Below, one piece after another: positions 28,346 to 39,100 of a stretch of 64,000 nt of DNA. Made by a program: the position numbers and the translations under genes. The DNA lies in NCBI RefSeq assembly GCF_009834535.1, contig NC_045697.1, forward strand, positions 33,792,001 through 33,856,000. Direction: 5' to 3'. How positions within the stretch are numbered: position 1 is the stretch's first letter; the number at the start of each line of letters is the position of its first letter. The notes beneath the pieces are model-generated. The model was not told the origin of the DNA. It ran no database searches and saw only the letters and a program-made list of their open reading frames with translations. Origin of the DNA: Camelus ferus (Eukaryota).

Positions 28346-29033
28346 CTTCTAAGACTTTTTCTTGATCTTTACAGATGATCCATTGTAAGATCGCCAAAAA
28401 TCCCCACATTTGATCACTTTTAGAGTACATATAATTCAAGCAGAAGATTACAACCACACATTTAGAGGCAGTTACAGGGTACTTGGCTAGGCTGTCATTA
28501 ATTCAGTAGCTCTTTCTGGAACAACTAACTTACTGACCTTACAGTGCATACTACTCAAACTTGTATCTCAGAAAAAGTTGCCATGTCACTTACATTCCTG
28601 GTAGTTAATGAAGAGGAGATTTAGGAGACATTAAATCCTTAAATGCCAAGGGTCTTCTGTAATGAGAGTATCTTGAAGACCGTGCCTGATAAGTGTTCTT
28701 TTGCACAGGACAGAATAAAATCATGTTGAATTGAATTTAAAAATAATGCATTCAATTTTAGTCTGTGTATACTTTAGTATTTAGTACAGGGAAAAAGACA
28801 ACCCTTAATGTTAAGAATAGAAATAGTTATTAAAATATAATGAATATGTACTATGTATCAGGTACCAAAATAAATACTTGACATCAGTTTTTACAAGATC
28901 TACCTGAGATAGGAACATTTAATATCCCTATTTCTCAGGTGGAGAACTGAGTCCAGGAAAGCTGATCTGTGATGGAGTTGTGTTTAAAGCTCAGGACTGG
29001 TTGTCTTCAGAGCCAGATATCTAACCCCCTCTT

Positions 29034-29885
29034 TTGGGTCCTGGGACCCAATTCCAATGTGTGTGGAGGAGCTGGGAGGTTGCCCACACATACTATAAAC
29101 ATTCTCTGGATGCCGGCTTAGGGCCCTACAATACAACTCAATTCTGATACCATCTATCCAGAGATAACATCAGGGTCCTCAAGGGTTAATTCCGTAAGGG
29201 TTCATTCCTACAAGACTGTCCCCTTTCCACTTCAGATGCCAGTTGCAAGACCAGGTTTTTACTTGTACTTGTAACTAACTGGTTCTAAATCAGAGGTTCC
29301 CACAACATCCTCCTTAGGTTTGATTTTTTTTTTTTTCTTGCTAAAGCAGCTCACAGATCCCAGAGAAGAACTTTACTTACTAGAGCACCATTTATTACAA
29401 AAGGAAATAACTCAGGAGCAGCAAGATGGAAGAGATGCAGAGTGGGAGGTATGGGGAAAGGGCCCAGAGTTCCCATGCTCTCTCCAGGGGCACCACTCTC
29501 TCCAATTTCCATGTATTTGCCAACTGGAAGCTTTGATCCCTGTTTTTTGGGGATCTTTACTGAAACTTCATTATACAGGCAGGTGTGATTAAATCATCGG
29601 CCACTGTAGCTGGAACTCAATCTCCAGCCCCTCTCCCCTCCCTGGAGGTCAGGGGATAGGAGGAGAAATTCCAATCCTCTAATCATGTGGTTGGCTGTGC
29701 TGGCAATAGGCCCCGATCTTTTGGCGCTTTCCAGAAGTCTCCTCATTAACATAACAAGAGGCACTTCTCTTGCTCTCTGCACTTAGGAAATCCGAAGGAT
29801 TTTTATGAGCTCTTTGCCAAAAGCTGAAGGGCTGGGGAGCAGGAAGACCAGACACATATTTCTTATTACAAATCACAGTGTCACA
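29034..29885 (-). mobile_element. MER21-family LTR
   Basis: caactcaattctgataccatct..., cacttcagatgccagttgcaag, end atatttcttattacaaatcacagtgtcaca. Confidence 0.8.
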
Positions 29886-32800
29886 CTCCCCTTCTCATTG
29901 TATCCAACAATCATTGATTTTCAATTCAGAATTCATCCTGGTCTGAATTGTGCTCTTAGAAATAGATCTTTTATTTCTCTAAGTGAAGGGTCAGGCAGAA
30001 TCCCATCCAGAAGAACCCAGTTTTGAATTTCAAGCCTCAAAGTAAGTGTAAGCCTAAAGAGTAGGCGGTGTTCTTGCCCCAGTTCAGCGGGATTCCTTCC
30101 CTGGACAGAACCTTACCTCTTAATCTTTTCATGATGGAAGACTTTAAAAAAAAAAAAAGGCTCTGACCAGAGGAGAGGGTTGTTGGGTAGGAGCCCAGGT
30201 TCCGGTGTCTTCCTCTGTTGCCATCCTGGTCATGGTCCACACAACAGACAACACGGTCTTTTTCCTGTCAGGTTTCCTTCAAGGGTCACTTGTTTGTTTG
30301 AGTCCAAGATGTAGACTCAGAAAATCTAAAATTGTTATTTTTCAATTCGCAAGATTTCCTGCCAGTGGAAAGAACCGCTCTAACAGGATTCTCTAACAAG
30401 GGCAGGTATCAACCACAGGAGGGGAAAACATGCCCATGGGGAGGGGACAGATGCTAAGCAGACCAGCCAGTTCTGGGTGGGGAAGTCAGAAAAGGCTCAG
30501 GTATATTTAGCTCTTCTTATTTTTCTGACTGAACGCTGAGAGAGAAATCAAACAGGAATATGTAAAGGTCAGATCATTTCATCACTGTCCTTTCAGAACT
30601 GGGAAATTACATTATGGAATGCAGATGGCATCTTGAGGTTAAAATAGCAACTTATTATTACCACATAGCTTACAGGAGATAGTTTTCATTTTTCTGCCTC
30701 CTGGAGGAATATACAGTTAAAACACATTGATTTTAAAAATTAAATACATGTATTTAAAAAAAACAAAAACTTTAAAATCTCTGTTTCTCTCGGTGTGGTT
30801 GAAATGATGGCAATGAAAATATAACGATCACTTCATTTGCTCTTACCGAAATAATAACTGAAGAATTTGCTGCCGAAGAACAGTATATTTATAAAGTAAA
30901 AGACATTGACAGAACATGGTTTAAGGCAAAACAAGTTGCTTGAAATAAACTGTCTTTCTGTATTTCAAAAATGCAAAGTTAGGCTATTGGGGAGACCACT
31001 ACATTCTGCTAAAGCCCTCATGGGTTTTCACCTTTACTTTTTTTTTTTTTGGTACTAAATAAGGAACAGTACTGCTACCCACCAACATAGATCTTGTCTC
31101 TTTTGTTCATCCCTCACAGCTAAAGAATAATCTGTGCTCTTATATCTCAGTGGGGAGTTTAGCAAGGACACAGTTCACTGTGTCTGTGCTGTCTGTCACT
31201 GAGGAGTGTGGTCGCGCACAGGTGCAGGCCCACACAGGGCGGATCAAGTCAGAACTTCATTCCCTTTGGTTCAAGGATAATACATAGTTCCCGATATCTG
31301 GGGTAGAGGGGAGTGGGGGTGGGGGAGGTGGATGCAGCACAAAGTGGGCTTCAGGAGAAGTTGTAATTTTAGGCATCATGTGTTGTGGTTTTACCTAAGC
31401 TCTGAAAATATCAGAATGGCTTTCATAATTGAAATCATCAGATCAGTACCTTATTTTGTGACTTCTCAACCCATTAAACTCCTGATTTTATTGGACAGTT
31501 AGTAGAAAAGAAAAATTCATGTCAGCCAGTAAAGATATGTATTTTTAAAAAGATGCTAGTTAGAAATCCCCAAGAAGTGTGTTTGTTTGTTTGTTTGTTT
31601 GGGAAATTCCAGATACAAAGGGAAAGACAAAGGCCAATACAAACAGTTCAGAAAAGCAAAGAATAATTTTCATGATATTTAATTTAAATGTCATAAAAAT
31701 TTAAATTTTGATGAAGAATCTGTAGGTACCTGCTTATCATCACTGTTGGACAGCTGCTTTGGAAATGCCTTGCTATAAGTAGATATTCAGCACTGAAAGA
31801 AAGACTATTTTCCCCCAAATTGCCTCCTTAACATTCCGGAGCAAATTAACAACAACATGCTGTTCTATTTCCTGACACCTCACATTCTTTGCTCCTCAGT
31901 ATACATGAAAGAAGTAAACACTTCCATCACAAACTCAGTCTCAATTTCATTGATAATTCCTCTTTCTTCTCTCATCTTTTCACCCTCTTTTTCCCTAGGT
32001 TTCCCTAATTTAGTAGTTAATGGAGACTCCTCTGGCCACCATCTGTTCTGGAAAAGCAGCATGGTGGAAAGTGTGTGGGTTGTTAGTTGGCCCACCCTGG
32101 GTTGTGGCTCTGTCCTTGTGGGTGCTCTCTCTCTTAATATCCTTGTCTCTGATGCTGGGGCAAGAAAAAAAAAATGCCATTCATACTCATCAAGCTTTCT
32201 TCTTCTCTTTAGGGAAGGAGATATTGTTTATGTAAATAGGAAAACAAATCTTTGGGCTGCCCTTTCCAGTGGCTGAGAATGGCAGGGAGGAAGGAAGAAC
32301 GGGAAGACTGGCATTTCAAAGACTACCAATTACTCTGTAGTACTGGATTGTAAGACCCAGAATATCTGTCTCTTCATTTAAGGGAAATGTTAATAAACTT
32401 CTAGGAATATAAAATATGTCTAGGTTTAAGAAGGGGAAAAGTGTTAAAATTCTCTAAGCAATAAATGATACAAAGGGGGTTGAGGACAGAATAGTGCATG
32501 GAGGACCATGGTGAACAGGAAGAACAACCAAAAATGCTAAGAAACTGGAAAAGAAGTTAAAGTTCTCAGCAAATAGTTCCTAATGTTGGGGTGGCTGAGG
32601 GACTCAAAAACAGAGATTTCATTATTCGATACTATGTGATTTTTCATTGCTGTGATATAAAACATTATTGCTTCTCCACTTCTTCAAAAAAGTCTATTAT
32701 TGCACAAACGCTTTGTTGGAGGGATTTGAGGTGCTGGGTTCCACATGTGGGTCAGCGCGGAGTACAGGGAAGAGAGTTGTCATATACTTCAGACCAGAGT

Positions 32801-33535
32801 GAGAATAAGAGCTCAGAAGAAACTAGAAATCAGAGCCAGAGTTGACTGTAAAAATGTGTCTGGACATGCACAAAAATCCCAGGGAAACACTGGACTTTTA
32901 ATAGTACAAGGATTAAGGGCGTGGGTTAATTAATTTCAGTCTCAAAGGATGCCCGCTGACGTCTAGCTATACATAAAATGTCATTAAAACGACCATACAG
33001 GAAGCAGAAAACCTGGCGCCTGGCAGGTACTGAATGAACCTGAGTCCCCCGTCCTTTCACAGAAACAGTATGGCAGCCATGCCACTATAGGGGAGGAATG
33101 GGGGAGACAGGACCTGAGGGCACAGAAACACACGAGGGTGGTAGTAAGTCACGCTCATTGTTTGCTCCCCTGGTTTCCTACCTGATCTCCCACGGAGGCT
33201 GCAAACTCGTGAGTGGATACTGAGGTGCTTACTCAGATAGGGGGCTGCAGGGGTAGGGAGAGGGCATCTAGCAATTCAGACCCTGTAGCACATGCACAAT
33301 TACTTAAAAGCATATGGACCACCAACTTAAAACTGTTTTGCGCAGACTCAGAAGCACAGAGCTCCTCTGGCCACAGTGCACCTTACCCCGTGATGCTGTG
33401 GCCCTTTAAGTACCAGAGGGGGTGAAGCCCAAGAATTCCGAACCCATGCTTTGAACTCATCAGAGGCACCTGGCCTGTTGCTGGCCTCCTGCCGGCTCTG
33501 CTGACTCTTCTGTCTGTATTCCACGCTTTCTAACC

Positions 33536-33867
33536 TTCTGTTCAGTTCTCTCAGTTCCCTCCCTGACTTTCTTGCAGCATTATGAATCTTCCTGTCAATG
33601 CAGCTATCCCTCCGTGGATTAGCTTCCAAAGCACTCAGTGGATGTAAATACCGTGTGACTGAAATCAGCTATCCTGGTGGAAACAGAGAGCAGGTGCCCT
33701 GTGCCACCTTTGTTCCTGAGCACTGAAGCTCCTAGTCAGACATACTCCGTTTGGCAAACTGTTCAGGTTAAAATAACTGGGTAGTCCATTAGGGGATAGG
33801 CATGTTGACAGGAAGATTCATAATGTTAAGATAAATCCAGGGAGGTAAATGAGAGAACTAGACAGAA
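33536..33867. repeat. Inverted repeat, 85-bp arms (33536-33620 / 33783-33867), 162-bp spacer
   Basis: Ungapped 64/85 complementarity with a perfect 21-bp core (33578-33598 vs 33805-33825). Confidence 0.92.
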
Positions 33868-34062
33868 CACTTCCATACGTGAACTAAATTGAGATGTCCA
33901 GAGAAGGCCAAAGAAGAGCGGGGGAGGAAGGCAGTAGAGGGGAGAGAGAGAGAGAGAAATTTGGGAGAAAAGTGAGTTTAGTGGGTGCAGTTAACTCTGA
34001 TGGAAATCAGAGGTGAAATTAGAATATAAAACAATAAAAAAGGGAGAAGTAAGATGTCACTC

Positions 34063-34529
34063 TGTTGCAAGTGGGGTTCCCCTGAAACAATGAGACAGAA
34101 ATTTCTGTTTCCTGGGATGTATCAAAGAGTAGCTCCTGTCCGGGAGTGAGGGCAGCAGCACTGGGCAAAGGGAGAGGTGAAATTTTGGTGAAGTTGAATT
34201 AAAATGTAGTTGCTACAGATGCATAATTAACCCCAAGGAGAACTGTGGAGCTAGAATGACCCTTCAGAATGATTTGGAATTGAGGCTTATGGCTTGGGTC
34301 TTCATACCCCACCTCTAGCCACCCACTCCAACATCAACTAGCCGTATGATGTGGGCTGTCCCTGAGAAAGAGGTGTGACATGAGAGGGGACTTTCTCCAG
34401 CCAGGACATTCCTGGTGAGGATCTCAGCTGGCATACATCAGCCACCACTCCTGGCAGCTGGAGGAAGGAGTGGCTCAGTCCTAAGAGGGATGTAAGATCT
34501 GGACTGGGCCTCACAGTATCTCTCTCACA
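34063..34529 (-). mobile_element. LTR16-like ERVL solo LTR
   Basis: gtggggttcccctgaaac..., ggagctagaatgacccttcaga, cactcctggcagctggagg; TG...CA ends. Confidence 0.7.
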
Positions 34530-35548
34530 GCCCTGGACTCAGAACACAGCTGAAAAGGCTGACCTGAAGTGAATTTCCCCCAGAAGCTCTGTGGAATGTA
34601 GTCTCTTTACTATTCACTGACATTTCATGTGCATTGGTCTTGTCTCTTACCTAAACTCTAAACATTCTGAGTACCAGCTTCACATTCCACATATTTTTTG
34701 ATTCCTCAATAATTTCTTTAGCAGAGCAATTGTCTCAATCTAAGATTAATGGGAAAACAAGCCCGTTGCCTGTGGTAATTGACACTGAAGTAACAAAACA
34801 AATTCTTTCCTCCATATTTTGGAGAAAATAAAATTGACCTTTCAATTTTTTTTTCCTGTCATATATGCATATAAATGTCTCCAGAGTGAACTGGTTATGA
34901 TACACTGTAACAGTTACAAGCAGTCCTATATCTTGAAAACTCAAAAGACAAGGCAGGGGAGACCCGGAGAACGTAGGTGTGAAAGTGAGTCTATGTCCTT
35001 CAGTGGAAAGGGCACTTGACCAGAGTCTGAAGACGGGCTTCTGTTTTTTGCTGGTCTGTTGCCTGCCACATCATCTTGAGAAAAGTCAGTTGAACCCTCT
35101 TTTTCCTTGTAATGATTAGGCATAATGTTGTCTGCTTTCCCTTCTTGAAGAGCAGTCGGTGTTGGACTGAAGGACTTGATCAATAGATAATGCCTGCCTG
35201 GTATGTTTGAGCTCTAAAAAACCATTCAAGAGGAGTTTCATTGTTATTATTATTATCAACTTATGGATGCAATTTCTAAAATTAATTTCACACATTATAA
35301 ATTGTATATAGTAATAAAAAGGTGATTTAGTTTTTTTTTTTTAATCAGTAACTACAATGGAAGAAATTTACTTCATTTATAATGGTAGACCCTGAGTTGT
35401 TACACTGGCTTCTAGAATCCTCATTTTTGAAGTGGGAGGGTAGGGCGTAAGTAAGATGACCTTGAATATATGTTTGGTTTCTAAACTTCATAAACCTGCA
35501 TCTTCCAAACCAACGTTCCCATCCATAAGCCAAAGGAAATGAGACATT

Positions 35549-35906
35549 TTAAAATATATTTTTATTGAAGTATAGTCAGTTTACAGTGTTGTGTCAATTT
35601 CTGGTGTACAGCACAATACTTCAGTCATATAGGAACATACATATATTTGTTTTCATATTCTATTTAGCCTTAAGTTACTACAAGATATTGACTATAGTTC
35701 CCTGTGCTGTACAGTATAAACTTGTTGTTTATTGGATTTTGTGAGAATCTTCCTATATTTCAAAATGAGAGACACTCTGCCAGAATTCAGTAGGTGTTCT
35801 GTGCGCTTCAATGGGTTTGTAGTCGTAATTCTTGGTGTACTTCTGGGAGAGAGCGGGCTGTGAGTCTCTCTACGCCACCATCTTGGCTCAACCAAGACTA
35901 ACTCAA
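35549..35906 (-). mobile_element. Internally deleted / spliced L1 (5'UTR start fused to 3' terminus), TSD-bounded
   Basis: 13-bp exact TSD gaaatgagacatt (35536-35548, 35907-35919); L1 3' end 35549-35732; L1 5'UTR-like start 35733-35889 (minus strand gagccaagatggtggcgtag...acagaacacctactgaattctggcaga). Confidence 0.85.
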
Positions 35907-38599
35907 GAAATGAGACATTGATACTTTTTGTGTTTATTTTAACAAAGTGGTTTAATTGTTTGTGAGAAAAAGGGTAATATGGATGAATATATAGCATAAA
36001 ATCTGGAACAGAGATGTTTTGGGAGAATTTCCAAATGCTCAGAGAAGAAAGCTTAACCTCAGATAATTTCAGACTGCCAAACTAATGGGTTAGAATGAAA
36101 TGTTCTCCATTAATGCAGTTGTCCATCCGAGCTGAGACTGAAGGAGCTCGGAAGTGGGCTTTTTAATTACCTGTTTTGGTTTAGAAGGCACTCAAGTGGC
36201 AACCAAGCAGACACCATTTACATGGGCACGTGATTTGTCTAAATATTGTTGGGACTACTACTTACATCCCTCGAAGGGAATAACCTGTTTTTTTGTTGAT
36301 CCTAAGTTAAATAGGTCCCCTCACACCCTATAGCAGAGGCAGAGATGTAGGGTGGAATGTGAGCTGTCTCACCCAAACAGACACCGTTTACCACAAGTTA
36401 GGAAAATCATCAGCCAGAGATCAGGAGACTCTTGAGCAAAATTCTCTTTTAATTCCTGCTTTCTCTTATCTAAGCGTTGCCCTTCCCATCCTTCTGTGGA
36501 AACCTAGAGTTTTCATATTTTTTATACCTTGCCCTCTATTAAGGAAAAAAATAAAAGCCTGCCTTCAAGATTGGATATGAAACTCATTTACAACCATATT
36601 CAATCCATTGAGAAGGCTTATTCCACGAGTTTGCTTAAGGGCATTTGGCGCTGACAAAATGCAAAGGCTGAAGTCCAAGAATGGGTTTTTAATAGTGAAA
36701 TTTTTAATATTGGTGAAACCTAGGCCAAGGAATTCAAATCATTGATGAACATGTATTGAGTACATTCCAGGTGAATGACATGGATTATACTCTGTTAATA
36801 CACCTAGATCCCAGTCCTTATTCTATCCATGAGCTAGTCTGGGAAATAATGGTGACATCCTTTCTATTTCACCTAATTCCCACCCTTACTGAAAAACAAA
36901 ATTTAAATTGATTAGAAACAAAGCCATAGAACCCTAGGAAGAACCGTTCTTTCAGAGGTCTTCAAATCTGTTTCCTTTTTCTTTGGTGAAGAAAATTTAA
37001 AATCAAATTGTGTTCTTTTGGGAAGCCACCCTCTCTAACTCAGCTTAGAAAGCATTTCTTCAAAGTCATTTTTTTTTGCCTCACTGGAGGTCAGTTGGTC
37101 TAAGAGATACTGTATTTCCTAACTGTTCACACCTGGGTTTGTGCAAGGACTCCTGAGACCCTAACATTTCAGGAGATTGGGTGAGGTAGGGTGGAGTCTC
37201 TGGTCACATATGAAGATAGACATGCTAGCCAATTCCTTCTTCACTTTTCTTATCCAAGTCAAACATGGGTGAGAAAGAAAACCAGAGGAACATACATACA
37301 AAATGGACAAAGTGGCCAGAAGACTCAAGCCTGGGTATAAATTGATAGAAAGGGAGGTTGTTGCTTAAAATAATTCACAAAAGGGCTGAAAGAAAGAAAA
37401 GGATTTGAACTGGGATCCTGATGTGGTCTTTACCAGCTCTGAACTGACTGAAATAAATGAGGGAAAGGAGAAAGAGGAAGAGAGAGAGATGGAAAAATGG
37501 CTTACAAGACCATAAGGCATGGTCCAAAACATAGTTCTTTGTTCTACTTTTGTATCATCAATCACAATAAGAGAGAGACAAAATGAACTGAAGAACCAAG
37601 CTCTCCCTCACTGTATCTCTGATGAGCCTTCAATCTGGTCAGAAAGGACATGGTTTTTTTCATGATTCTGGCACAAAAATTTTTCTATTCAATAGCAGAC
37701 ATTTGTGAGTTTTTTTATACCGTGCAATCCATTGACTTATTATTGAGATGATGAATATTATCATTTAAAAGAATTCCTCCAGAGTGTTGAGGTTAGATAC
37801 AAAACAAGGGATTAGATATGAAAATCTCACATAAATTTGTAAGCCATCGAAAAGAGCCTGGATAGGATAATTTGAGAATATTGAATGCTTAGACTAAGGA
37901 TGAGTTCCTTTGCATAGTAATACAACTGAATTTTTCCTGAGAAAATAGCATATAGAGTGCACATGAAGGGAACTGAAGTCCAAAAAACATAAACTTGGTT
38001 ATGAAATCTGTCATCATCTTCCACACCCATCCTGGCTAAATACATCGTAACGAACTTTCCAGAATCAATCTACATTTTCTTCTCCTCTGTTTTAATGAGC
38101 AGTGAGTCTGAGACCACTCTTGAGAAGAGTGTGTACACTTTGTGCAGATAAGGACAGCAGCTTGGCCATGGTCTAACCCAGCAAGGGCCGGTCACTGCCC
38201 AATTGTCACGCTTACTGAAGCTATTTGTGGCTTTTGCACAAGAGCGCCGCCTACTGGAGATTTTATACAGAGTCTCAAGGACAGAAGTATGTATGGTGAA
38301 GTAGGTTCCTGATAGGGAGTGACTAGCGAGGGTGGGACAATGACAAAATAGAGATAAAGGGCAAAAAATGTGAGCAAGAGACAGGAATCTGGGGACCACA
38401 CAATGCACAGCACAGGTGTCCCGATGAGAACAGGCAATAGTAAAAACCACACCCTGAAAAAGCTACACAGAGCTGTGGGCTGGTGATTCATTTAGGACAT
38501 GATTTTATATAGCCTGTGAGGTTAAAGAAGGCCAAGGATTCCTGAGACAGGAGACGCTGATGGTACCCAGAGTTTCCATTTAGAGAACAAGGCATTCAT

Positions 38600-39100
38600 T
38601 TCTGTGCAGAAGGGTCCATCATCACTCAGGGAGCTCTTATTAATCACTGATCTGTACACAGAGGAAGGTCATTGAACAAGTAAGCACATGAGAATCTATT
38701 GGGAGAAAGTCTGTATGGTTTCTGTAAGAGGAAATCCTGCCTGACTAAACAACCTGAATTCTCTCAGGCATAAATTGGTCTTTTGAAAAATAAATAAATG
38801 CCTTGTAGACAAGGAACTACCAGTAGAAATAATTTAATTAGACACGTAGAAAGCCTTTGACGAGATAGACCTCGTGAGATATGTCACCTGAGGGACTTTC
38901 GAAAAGTTGGTTATTCATGCATCCATGATGGGAGATGGTTCCCGTGTCCAGTAGAAGGTTGGATTATCTAGAAATGCTCAAAGCATGCCCCTTGGACTTT
39001 CACAGATGGCCTCTGAGGGTCAGGCATGGCCAGGGAAGCTAATGGTGGATGTTTCTTCAACAGGACAGTTCCATACTTATTTTACAGATTGCAGTTTCTA
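38600..39100 (+). mobile_element. CR1/L3 LINE reverse-transcriptase fossil
   Basis: 38717 ggt ttc tgt aag agg aaa tcc tgc ctg act = GFCKRKSCLT; 38838 tta gac acg tag aaa gcc ttt gac = LDT*KAFD; these resemble the CR1 RT motifs GFxKGRSCLTNL and LDFSKAFD in the right order and at plausible spacing. Confidence 0.75.

Noticed and set aside
36782..36800. GATTATAC, resembling the start of GABRB1 exon 4 (DYT...)
   Set aside because: No AG acceptor directly before it, and the following codons do not give LTMYFQQSW.
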